From Eledone cirrhosa (lineage: Eukaryota): 64,000 bases of DNA. The position numbers were made by a program, and so were the translations under genes. Shown here in pieces: positions 1 to 15,300 of the stretch. The stretch spans positions 21,700,001 to 21,764,000 of the forward strand of contig OZ024752.1 of NCBI GenBank assembly GCA_964016885.1, in the 5' to 3' direction. The notes beneath the pieces were generated by a model. The model was not told the DNA's origin. It worked only from the letters and a program-made list of their open reading frames with translations, and did no database searches. Positions within the stretch are counted from its first letter, which is position 1, and every line of letters starts with the position of its first letter.

Positions 1-194
1 ACACCAACAACAACAACAAAACAATAACAATTACACCAACAACAACAACAATAACAATTACACCAACAACAACAACAATAACAATTACACCAACAACAAG
101 AACAACAATTACACCAACAACAACAACAACAAAAACAATAACAACAACAACAAAACAATAACAATTACACCAACAACAACAACAACAACAATTA

Positions 195-225
<31 letters not shown>

Positions 226-3200
226 TACACCAACAACAACAACAACAACAAAAACAATAACAACAACAACAACAACAACAATAACAATTACACCAACAAC
301 AACAACAAAACAATAACAATTACAACAACAACAACAACAATAACAATTACACCAACAACAACAACAATAACAATTACACCAACAACAAGAACAACAATTA
401 CAATTACACCAACAACAACAACAACAATAACAATTACACCAACAACAACAACAAAACAATAACAATTACACCAACAACAACAACAATAACAATTACACCA
501 ACAACAACAACAATAACAATTACACCAACAACAAGAACAACAATTACAATTACACCAACAACAACAACAATAACAATTACACCAACAACAACAACAACAA
601 TAACAATTACACCAACAACAACAACAACAATTACACCAACAACAACAATAACAATAACACCAACAACAACAATAACAATAACAATTACACCAACAACAAC
701 AATAACAATTACACCAACAACAACAATAACAATTACACCAACAACAACAACAATTACACCAACAACAACAACAACAATTACACCAACAACAACAATAACA
801 ATTACACCAACAACAACAACAACAATTACACCAACAACAACAACAACAATTACACCAACAACAACAACAACAATTACAACAACAACAACAATAACAATTA
901 CACCAACAACAACAACAATTACACCAACAACAACAAAAACAATTACACCAACAACAACAATAACAATTACACCAAACCAACAACAATAACAATTACACCA
1001 ACAACAACAACAACAATTACACCAACAACAACAACAACAATTACACCAACAACAACAACAATTGCACCAACAACAACAACAACAATTACACCAACAACAA
1101 CAACAACAATTACAACAACAATAACAATTACACCAACAACAATAACAATTACACCAACAACAACAATAACAATTACACCAACAACAACAATAACAATTAC
1201 ACCAACAACAACAACAACAATTACACCAACAACAACAACAACAATTACACCAACAACAACAACAACAATAACAATTACACCAACAACAACAACAACAATT
1301 ACACCAACAACAACAATAACAATTACACCAACAACAACAATAACAATTACACCAACAACAACAATAACAATTACACCAACAACAACAACAACAATTACAC
1401 CAACAACAACAATAACAATAACACCAACAACAACAACAACAATTACACCAACAACAACAATAACAATAACAATTACACCAACAACAACAATAACAATTAC
1501 ACCAACAACAACAATAACAATAACAATTACACCAACAACAACAACAACAATTACACAAACAACAACAATAACAATAACAATTACACCAACAACAACAGTA
1601 ACAATTACACCAACAACAACAACAACAATTACACCAACAACAACAATAACAATAACAATTACACCAACAACAACAGTAACAATTACACCAACAACAACAA
1701 CAACAACAATAACAATTACACCAACAACAACAACAATAACAATTACACCAACAACAAGAACAACAATTACAATTACACCAACAACAACAACAATAACAAT
1801 TACACCAACAACAACAACAACAATAACAATTACACCAACAACAACAACAACAATTACACCAACAACAACAATAACAATAACACCAACAACAACAATAACA
1901 ATAACAATTACACCAACAACAACAATAACAATTACACCAACAACAACAATAACAATTACACCAACAACAACAACAATTACACCAACAACAACAACAACAA
2001 TTACACCAACAACACCAATAACAATTACACCAACAACAACAACAACAATTACACCAACAACAACAACAACAATTACACCAACAACAACAACAACAATTAC
2101 AACAACAACAACAATAACAATTACACCAACAACAACAACAACAATTACACCAACAACAACAAAAACAATTACACCAACAACAACAACAACAATTACACCA
2201 ACAACAACAACAACAATTACAACAACAACAACAATAACAATTACACCAACAACAACAACAACAATTACACCAACAACAACAACAACAATTACACCAACAA
2301 CAACAACAATTACAACAACAACAACAATAACAATTACACCAACAACAACAACAACAATTACACCAACAACAACAAAAACAATTACACCAACAACAACAAC
2401 AACAATTACACCAACAACAACAACAACAATTACAACAACAACAACAATAACAATTACACCAACAACAACAACAACAATTACACCAACAACAACAACAACA
2501 ATTACACCAACAACAACAACAACAATTACACCAACAACAACAATAACAATTACACCAACAACAATAACAATTACACCAACAACAACAACAACAATTAAAC
2601 CAACAACAACAACAACAATTACACCAACAACAACAACAACAATTACACCAACTACAACAACAACAATTACACCAACAACAACAATAACAATTACACCAAC
2701 AACAACAATAACAATTACACCAACAACAATAACAATTACACCAACAACAACAACAACAATTAAACCAACAACAACAACAACAATTACACCAACAACAACA
2801 ACAACAATTACACCAACAGCAACAACAACAATTACACCAACAACAACAACAACAACACAATTACACCAACAACAACAATAACAATTACACCAAACCAACA
2901 ACAATAACAATTACACCAACAACAACAACAACAATTACACCAACAACAACAACAACAATTACACCAACAACAACAACAACAATTGCACCAACAACAACAA
3001 CAACAATTACACCAACAACAACAACAACAATTACACCAACAACAACAATAACAATTACACCAACAACAACAATAACAATTACACCAACAACAACAATAAC
3101 AATTACACCAACAACAACAACAACAATTACACCAACAACAACAACAACAATTACACCAACAACAACAACAACAATTACACCAACAACAACAATAACAATT

Positions 3201-6200
3201 ACACCAACAACAACAATAACAATTACACCAACAACAACAACAACAATTACACCAACAACAACAATAACAATAACAATTACACCAACAACAACAACAATTA
3301 CACCAACAACAACAATAACAATAACACCAACAACAACAACAACAATTACACCAACAACAACAATAACAATAACAATTACACCAACAACAACAATAACAAT
3401 TACACCAACAACAACAATAACAATAACAATTACACCAACAACAACAATAACAATAACAATTACACCAACAACAACAGTAACAATTACACCAACAACAACA
3501 ACAACAATTACACCAACAACAACAATAACAATAACAATTACACCAACAACAACAGTAACAATTACACCAACAACAACAACAACAACAATAACAATTACAC
3601 CAACAACAACAATAACAATTACACCAACAACAACAACAACAATTACACCAACAACAACAATAACAATTACACCAACAACAACAATAACAATAACACCAAC
3701 AACAACAATAACAATCACACCAACAACAACAATAACAATCACACCAACAACAACAACAACAATCACACCAACAACAACAACAACAATTACACCAACAACA
3801 ACAACAACAATTACACCAACAACAACAACAACAATTACACCACCAACAACAACAACAATTACACCAACAACAACAACAACAATTACACCAACAACAACAA
3901 CAACAATTACACCGACAACAACAATAACAATTACAACAACAACAACAACAACAACAACAATTACACCAACAACAACAACAATAACAATTACACCAACAAC
4001 AAGAACAACAATAACAATTACACCAACAACAACAACAATAATAATTACACCAACAACAACAATAACAATAACAATTACACCAACAACAACAACAACAACA
4101 ACAATTACACCAACAACAACAACAATAACAATTACACCAACAACAACAACAATAATAATTACACCACCAACAACAACAACAATTACACCAACAACAACAA
4201 CAAAATTTACACCAACAACAACAATGACAATTACACCAACAACAACAAAAACAATAACAATTACACCAACAACAACAACAATAACAATTACACCAACAAC
4301 AACAACAATAACAATTACACCAACAACAACAACAATAACAATTACACCAACAACAACAACAATAACAATTACACCAACAACAACAACAATAACAATTACA
4401 CCAACAACAACAACAATAACAATTACACCAACAACAACAACAATAACAATTACACCAACAACAACAACAATAACAATTACACCAACAACAACAACAACAA
4501 CAATTACAATTACACCAACAGCAACAACAACAACAATAACAATTACACCAACAACAACAACAACAATAACAATTACACCAACAACAACAACAACAATAAC
4601 AATTACACCAACAACAACAATAACAATAACAATTACACCAACAACAACAACAACAATAATAATTACACCAACAACAAGAACAGCAATAACAATTACACCA
4701 ACAACAACAACAATAACAATTACACCAACAACAACAACAACAATTACACCAACAACAACAATTACACCAACAACAACAATAACAATAACAATTACACCAA
4801 CAACAACAACAACAATAACAATTACACCAACAACAAGAACAACAATAACAATTACACCAACAACAACAACAATAACAATTACACCAACAACAACAACAAT
4901 AACAATTACACCAACAACAACAACAACAACAATTACAATTACACCAACAGCAACAACAACAACAATAACAATTACACCAACAACAACAACAACAATAACA
5001 ATTACACCAACAACAACAACAACAATAACAATTACACCAACAACAACAATAACAATAACAATTACACCAACAACAACAACAACAATAATAATTACACCAA
5101 CAACAACAATAACAATAACAATTACACCAACAACAACAACAACAACAACAATTACACCAACAACAACAACAATAACAATTACACCAACAACAAGAACAAC
5201 AATAACAATTACACCAACAACAACAACAATAATAATTACACCAACAACAAGAACAACAACAACAATTACACCAACAACAACAACAAAATTTACACCAACA
5301 ACAACAATAACAATTACACCAACAACAACAATAACAATAACAATTACACCAACAACAACAACAACAATTACACCAACAACAACAACAATAACAATTACAC
5401 CAACAACAACAACAATAACAATTACACCAACAACAACAACAATAACAATTACACCAACAACAACAACAATAACAATTACACCAACAACAACAACAATAAC
5501 AATTACACCAACAACAAGAACAACAATAACAATTACACCAACAACAACAACAACAATAACAATTACACCAACAACAACAACAATAACAATTACACCAACA
5601 ACAACAACAATAACAATTACACCAACAACAACAACAATAACAATTACACCAACAACAACAACAATAACAATTACACCAACAACAAGAACAACAATAACAA
5701 TTACACCAACAACAACAACAACAATAACAATTACACCAACAACAACAACAATAACAATTACACCAACAACAACAACAACAACAATTACAATTACACCAAC
5801 AGCAACAACAACAACAATAACAATTACACCAACAACAAGAACAACAATAACAATTACACCAACAACAACAACAACAATAACAATTACACCAACAACAACA
5901 ACAATAACAATTACACCAACAACAACAACAACAACAATTACAATTACACCAACAGCAACAACAACAACAATAACAATTACACCAACAACAACAACAACAA
6001 TAACAATTACACCAACAACAAGAACAACAACAACAATTACACCAACAACACCAACAATAACAACTTCACCAACAACAACAATAACAATTACACCAACAAC
6101 AACAATAACAATTACACCAACAACAACAACAACAATTACACCAACAACAACAATTACACCAACAACAACAATAACAATTACACCAACAACAACAATAACA

Positions 6201-9200
6201 ATTACACCAACAACAACAACAACAATTACACCAACAACAACAACAACAATTACACCAACAACAACAATAACAATTACACCAACAACAACAACAACAATTG
6301 CACCAACAACAACAACAACAATTGCACCAACAACAACAACAACAATTACACCAACAACAACAACAACAATTACACCAACAACAACAACAACAATTACACC
6401 AACAACAACAATAACAATTACACCAACAACAACAAGAATTACACCAACAACAACAACAATTACACCAACAACAACAACAACAACAAGTACACCAACAACA
6501 ACAACAATTACACCAACAACAACAACAACAATTACAACAACAATAACAATTACACCAACAACAACAATAACAATTACACCAACAACAACAATAACAATTA
6601 CGCCAACAACAACAACAACAATTACACCAACAACAACATCAACAATAACAATAACACCAACAACAACAACAATAACAATTACACCAAGAACAACAACAAT
6701 AACAATTACACCAACAACAAGAACAACAATTACAATTACACCAACAAGAACAACAACAATTACAATTACACCAACAACAACAACAACAACAATAACAATT
6801 ACACCAACAACAACAACAACAATAACAATTACACCAACAACAAGAACAACAACAACAATTACACCAACAACAACAACAATAACAATTACACCAACAACAA
6901 CAATAACAATTACACCAACAACAACAACAACAATTACACCAACAACAACAATAACAATAACAATTACACCAACAACAACAACAACAATTACACCAACAAC
7001 AACAATAACAATTACACCAACAACAACAATAACAATAACAATTACACCAACAACAACAATAACTATTACACCATCAACAACAACAACAATTACACCACCA
7101 ACAACAACAACAATTACACCAACAACAACAACAACAATTACACCAACAACAACAACAATTACACCAACAACAATAACAATTACACCAACAACAACAATAA
7201 CAATTACACCAACAACAACAATAACAATTACACCAACAACAACAACAACAACAATTACACCAACAACAATTACACCAACAACAACAATTACACCAACAAC
7301 AACAATAACAATTACACCAACAACAACAATAACAATTACACCAACTACAACAACAACAATTACACCAACAACAACAACAACAATTACACCAACAACAACA
7401 ACAACAACAACAATTACACCAACAACAACAATAACAATTACACCAACAACAACAACAATTACACCAACAGCAACAACAACAATTACACCAACAACAACAA
7501 CAATTACACCAACAACAACAATAACAATTACACCAACAACAACAACAACAATTACACCAACAACAACAACAACAACAATTACACCAACAACAACAACAAC
7601 AATTACACCAACAACAACAATAACAATTACACCAACAACAACAATAACAATTACACCAACAACAACAACAATTACACCAACAACAACAATAACAATTACA
7701 CCAACAACAACAATAACAATTACACCAACAACAACAGTAACAATTACACCAACAACAACAATAACAATTACAACAACAACAACAATAACAATTACACCAA
7801 CAACAACAACAATTACACCAACAACAACAATAACAATTACACCAACAACAACAACAATTACACCAACAACAACAACAACAATTACACCAACAACAACAAC
7901 AACAATAACACCAACAACAACAACAACAATTACACCAACAACAACAACAACAATTACACCAACAACAACAACAATTACACCAACAACAACAACAACAATA
8001 ACAATTACACCAACAACAACAATAACAATTACACCAACAACAACAATAACAATTACACCAACAATAACAATAACAATTACACCAACAACAATAACAATTA
8101 CACCAACAACAACAACAATAACAATTACACCAACAACAACAACAATTACACCAACAACAACAACAACAATTACACCAACAACAACAGTAACAATTACACC
8201 AACAACAACAACAACAATTACACCAACAACAACATTAACAATTACACCAACAACAACAACAATAACAATTACACCAACAACAACAATAACAATTACACCA
8301 ACAACAACAACAATTACACCAACAACAACAATAACAATAACAATTACACCAACAACAACAACAACAATTACACCAACAACAACAATAACAATTACACCAA
8401 CAACAACAATAACAATAACAATTACACCAACAACAACAACAATTACACCAACAACAACAACAACAATTACACCAACAACAACAACAATTACACCAACAAC
8501 AACAACAACAATTACACCACCAACAACAACAACAATTACACCAACAACAACAATAACAATTACACCAACAACAACAATAACAATAACAATTACACCAACA
8601 ACAACAACAATTACACCAACAACAACAACAACAACAATTACACCAACAACAACAGTAACAATTACACCAACAACAACAATAACAATAACAATTACACCAA
8701 CAACAACAATAACAATAACAATTACACCAACAACAACAACAATTACACCAACAACAACAATAACAATTACACCAACAACAACAATAACAATTACACCAAC
8801 AACAACAACAACAATTACACCAACAACAACAATAACAATTACACCAACAACAACAATAACAATAACAATTACACCAACAACAACAACAACAATTACACCA
8901 ATAACAACAATAACAATAACAATTACACCAACAACAACAACAACAATTACACCAACAACAACAATAACAATTACACCAACAACAACAACAACAATTACAC
9001 CAACAACAACAATAACAATTACACCAACAACAACAATAACAATAACAATTACACCAACAACACAACAACAATTACACCAATAACAACAATAACAATAACA
9101 ATTACACCAACAACAACAACAATAACAATAACAATTACACCAACAACAACAACAACAATTACACCAACAACAACAATAACAATTACTCCAACAACAACAA

Positions 9201-11251
9201 CAACAATTACACCAACAACAACAACAACAATTACACCAACAACAACAATAACAATTACACCAACAACAACAATAACAATAACAATTACTCCAACAACAAC
9301 AACAACAACAATTACACCAACAACAACAACAACAATTACACCAACAACAACAATAACAATTACACCAACAACAGCAATAACAATTACACCAACAACAACA
9401 ATAACAATTACACCAACAACAACAGTAACAATTACACCAACAACAACAATAACAATTACAACAACAACAACAATAACAATTACACCAATAACAACAACAA
9501 CAATAACAATTACACCAACAACAACAATAACAATTACACCAACAACAACAGTAACAATTACACCAACAACAACAATAACAATTACAACAACAACAACAAT
9601 AACAATTACACCAATAACAACAACAACAATAACAATTACACCAACAACAACACCAACAACAATAACAATTACACCAAAAACAACGACAATAACAATTACA
9701 CCAATAACAACAACAATAACAATTACACCAATAACAACAACAATAACAATTACACCAACAACAACAACAATAACAATTACACCAACAACAACAACAATAA
9801 TAATTACTCCAACAACAACAACAACAATTACACCAACAACAACAACAACAATTACACCACCAACAACAACAACAATTACACCAACAACAACAATAACAAT
9901 TACACCAACAACAACAATAACAATTACACCAACAACAACAATAACAATTACACCAACAACAACGATAACAATTACACCAACAACAACAATAACAATAACA
10001 ATTACACCAACAACAACAGTAACAATTACACCAACAACAACACTAACAATTACAACAACAACAACAATAACAATTACACCAACAACAACAATAACAAATA
10101 CACCAACAACAACAATAACAATTACACCAACAACAACAATAACAATTACAACAACAACAACAATAACAATTACAACAACAATAACAATTACACCAACAAC
10201 AACAATAACAAATACACCAACAACAACAATAACAATTACACCAACAACAACAATAACAATTACAACAACAACAACACTAACAATTACAACAACAATAACA
10301 ATTACACCAACAACAACAACAACAATAACAATTACAACAACAACAACAATAACAATTACACCAACAACAACAATAACAATTACAACAACAACAACAATAA
10401 CAATTACAACAACAACAATAACAATTACACCAACAACAACAACAACAATAACAATTACACCAACAACAACAATAACAATTACAACAACAACAACAATAAC
10501 AATTACACCAACAACAGCAATAACAATTACAACAACAACAACAATAACAATTACACCAACAACAACAACAATAACAATTACAACAACAACAATAACAATT
10601 ACACCAACAACAACAATAACAATTACAACAACAACAATAACAATTACACCAACAACAACAACAATAACAATTACAACAACAACAACAATAACAATTACAA
10701 CAACAACAATAACAATTACAACAACAACAATAATAACAATTACAACAACAACAACAATAACAATTACAACAACAACAACAACAATTACAACAACAACAAT
10801 AACAATTACACCAACAACAACAACAATAACAATTACAACAACAACAATAACAATTACACCAACAACAACAACAATAACAATTACAACAACAACAACAATA
10901 ACAATTACACCAACAACAACAATAACAATTACAACAAGAACAACAATAACAATTACACCAACAACAACAACAATTACACCAACAACAACAACAACAATAA
11001 CAACAACAATAACAACAACAAGAATAACAATAACAATTACACCAACAACAACAATAACAATAATAATTACACCAACAACAACAACAACAATAACAATTAC
11101 ACCAACAATAACAATAACAATTACACCACCAACAACAACAACAACAACAACAATAACAATACACCAACAATAACAATAACAATAACAATTACACCAACAA
11201 CAACAACAACAATAACAATTACACCAACAACAACAATAACAATAACAATTA

Positions 11252-11285
<34 letters not shown>

Positions 11286-11347
11286 TACACCAACAACAAC
11301 AACAACAACAATAACAATTACACCAACAACAACAACAATAACAATTA

Positions 11348-11381
<34 letters not shown>

Positions 11382-11533
11382 TACACCACCACCAACAACA
11401 ACAACAACAAAAACAATTACACCAACAACAACAACAACAACAATAACAATTACACCAACAACAACAATAACGATTACACCAACAACAACAACAACAATAA
11501 CAATTACACCAACAACAACAACAATAACAATTA

Positions 11534-11567
<34 letters not shown>

Positions 11568-12305
11568 TACACCACCACCAACAACAACAACAATAACAAT
11601 TACACCAACAACAACAATAACAATTACACCAACAACAACAACAATTACACCAAAAACAACAACAATAACAATTACACCAATAACAACAACAATTACAATT
11701 ACAACAACAACAACAACAACAACAACAATAACAATTAAACCAATAACAACAACAATAACAATTACACCAACAACAACAACAATAACAACTACACCACCAA
11801 CAACAACAACAACAACAACAATAACACTTACACCAACAACAACAACAATAACAATCACACCAACAACAACAACAATAACAATTACACCAACAACAACAAT
11901 AACAATTACACCAACAACAACAACAACAACAACAATAACAATTACACAACAACAATAACAATTACACCAACAACAACAATAACAATTACACCAAAAACAA
12001 CAACAACAACAATAACAATTACACCAACAAAAACAATAACAATTACACCAACAACAACAATAATAATTACACCAACAACAACAACAATAACAATTACAAC
12101 AACAACAACAACAATAACAATTACAACAACAACAACAACAATAACAATTACACCAACAACAATAACAATAACAATTACACCAACAACAACAACAACAATA
12201 AAAATTACAACAACAACAACAACAATAAGAATTACACCAACAACAACAATAACAATTACACCAACAACAACAACAACAACAATTACAACAACAACAACAA
12301 CAATA
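1..12305. repeat. Compound (AAC)n-derived minisatellite, unit about ACACCA(ACA)n[ATAACA]ATT, variable 18-36 bp; truncated by window start
   Basis: Plus strand almost G-free; recurring ATTACACCA anchor separated by variable AAC runs with or without ATA; occasional 1-nt indels (e.g. ~976, ~2893, ~9062, ~11160). Explains all T/I/P, C/W/N/Y and V/G/I ORFs in the track. Confidence 0.97.
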
Positions 12306-12367
12306 GTAACAAAGTGTGGGGAACTTATTAATGTGAAACTAAGGGAAGGAGAAAAGTCTGTAAAAAC

Positions 12368-15300
12368 TGTTTACCTCTGGCTGGGGGGTATATCTCAGCT
12401 GCACCTTATGACATTACTGATGTTTACCTTTGGTTGGGTGGTATATCTCAGCTGCACCTTATGACATTACTGATGTTTACCTCTGGTTGGGTGGTATATA
12501 TCAGCTGCACCTTATGACATTACTGATGTTTACCTTTGATTGGGTGGTATATCTCAGCAGCACCTTATGACATTACTGATGTTTACCTTTGGTTGGGTGG
12601 TATATCTCAGCTGCACCTTATGACATTACTGATGTTTACCTCTGTTTGGGTGGTATATCTCAGCTGCACTTTATGACATTACTGATGTTTACCTTTGGTT
12701 GGGTGGTATATCTCAGCTGCACCTTATGACATTACTGATGTTTACCTCTGGCTGGGTGGTATATCTCAGCTGCACCTTATGACATTACTGATGTTTACCT
12801 CTGGCTGGGTGGTATATCTCAGCTGCACCTTATGACATTACTGATGTTTACCTCTGGTTGGGTGGTATATCTCAGCTGCACCTCATGACATTACTGATGT
12901 TTACCTCTGGTTGGGTGGTATATCTCAGCTGCACCTTATGACATTACTGATGTTTAGCTCTTTTTGGGTGGTATATCTCAGCTGCACCTTATGACATTAC
13001 TGATGTTTACCTCTGGCTGGGTGGTATATCTCAGCTGCACCTTATGACATTACTGATGTTTACCTCTGGCTGTGTGGTATATCTCAGCTGCACCTCATTA
13101 CATTACAGATGTTTACCTCTGGATGGGTGGTATATCTCAGCTGCACCTTATGACATTACCGATGTTTACCTCTGGCTGGGTGGTATATCTCAGCTGCACC
13201 TCATGACATTACTGATGTTTACCTTTGGTTGGGTGGTATATCTCAGCTGCACCTTATGACATTACTGATGTTTACCTCTGGCTGTGTGGTATATCTCAGC
13301 TGCACCTTATGACATTACTGATGTTTACCTTTGGTTGGGTGGTATATCTCAGCTGCACCTTATGACATTACTGATGTTTACCTCTGGTTGGGTGGTATAT
13401 CTCAGCTGCACCTTATGACATTACTGATGTTTACCTCTGACTGGGTGGTATATCTCAGCTGCACCTCATGACATTACTGATGTTTACCTTTGGTTGGGTG
13501 GTATATCTCAGCTGCACCTTATGACTTTACTGGTGTTTACCTCTGGTTGGGTGGTATATCTCAGCTGCACCTTATGACATTACTGATGTTTGCCTTTGGT
13601 TGGGTGGTAAATCTCAGCTGCACCTTATGACATTACTGATGTTTACTTCTGGTTGGGGGGTATATCTCAGCTGCACCTCATGACATTACTGATGTTTACC
13701 TCTGGTTGGGTGGTATATCTCAGCTGCACCTTATGACATTACTGATGTTTACCTCTGACTGGGTGGTATATCTCAGCTGCACCTTATGACATTTCTGATG
13801 TTTACCTTTGGTTGGGTGGTATATCTAAGCTGCACCTTATGACATTACTGATGTTTACCTCTGGCTGGGTGGTATATCTCAGCTGCACCTTATGACAGTC
13901 CTGATGTTTACCTCTGGTTGGGTGGTATATCTCAGCTGCACCTCATTACATTACAGATGTTTACCTCTGGCTGGGTGGTATATCTCAGCTGCACCTCAAG
14001 ACGTTACTGATGTTTACCTCTGGCTGGGTGGTATATCTCAGCTGCACCTCATGACATTACTGATTTTTACCTCTGGCTGGGTGGTATATCTCAGCTGCAC
14101 CTCATGACATTACTGATGTTTACCTCTGACTGGGTGGTATATCTCAGCTGCACCTTATGACATTACTGATGTTTACCTCTGACTGGGTGGTATATCTCAT
14201 CTGCACCTCATTACATTACAGATGTTTACCTCTGGTTGGGTGGTATATCTCAGCTGAACCTTATGACATTACTGATGTTTACCTTTGGTTGGGTGGTATA
14301 TCTCAGCTGCACCTTATGACTTTACTGGTGTTTACCTTTGGTTGGGTGGTATATCTCAGCTGCACCTTATGACATTACTGATGTTTACCTCTGGTTGGGT
14401 GGTATATCTCAGCTGCCCCTTATGACATTACTGATGTTTACCTTTGGTTGGGTGGTATATCTCCGCTGCACCTTTTGACATTACTGATGTTACCTCTGGT
14501 TGGGTGGTATATCTCAGCTGCACCTTATGACATTACTGATGTTTACCTCTGACTGGGTGGTATATCTCAGCTGCACCTTATGACATTACTGATGTTACCT
14601 CTGGTTGGGTGGTATATCTCAGCTGCACCTTATGACATTACTGATGTTTACCTCTGGTTGGGTGGTATATCTCAGCTGCACCTTATGACATTACTGATGT
14701 TTTTCTCTGGTTGGGTGGTTTATCTCAGCTGCACCTTATGACATTACTGATGTTTACCTCTGGCTGGGTGGTATATCTCAGCTGCACCTTATAACATTAC
14801 TGATGTTTACCTCTGGCTGGGTGGTATATCTCAGCTGCACCTTATGACATTACTGATGTTTACCTTTGGTTGGGTGGTATATCTCAGCTGCACCTTATGA
14901 CATTACTGATGTTTACCTTTGGTTGGGTGGTATATCTCAGCTGCACCTTATGACATTACTGATGTTTACCTCTGGCTGGGTAGTATATCTCAGCTGAACC
15001 TTATGACATTACTGATGTTTACCTCTGGTTGGGTGGTATATCTCCGCTGCACCTTATGACATTACTAATGTTTGCCTCTGGTTGGGTGGTATATCTCAGC
15101 TGCACCTTATGACATTACTGATGTTTACCTCTGACTGGGTGGCATATCTCAGCTGCACCTTATGACATTACTGATGTTTACCTTTGGTTGGGTGGTATAT
15201 CTAAGCTGCACCTTATGACATTACTGATGTTTACCTCTGGCTGGGTGGTATATCTCAGCTGCACCTCATGACATTACTGATGTTTACCTCTGGTTGGGTG

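Noticed and set aside
109-11961. Cys-rich (metallothionein or keratin-associated-like) and Val-rich minus-strand ORFs
   Set aside because: They are alternative-frame translations of (GTT)n with non-ATG starts and single-codon usage.
1-12305. Telomeric repeat array
   Set aside because: No TTAGGG/CCCTAA or other fixed short telomere unit; unit length is variable and AAC-based.
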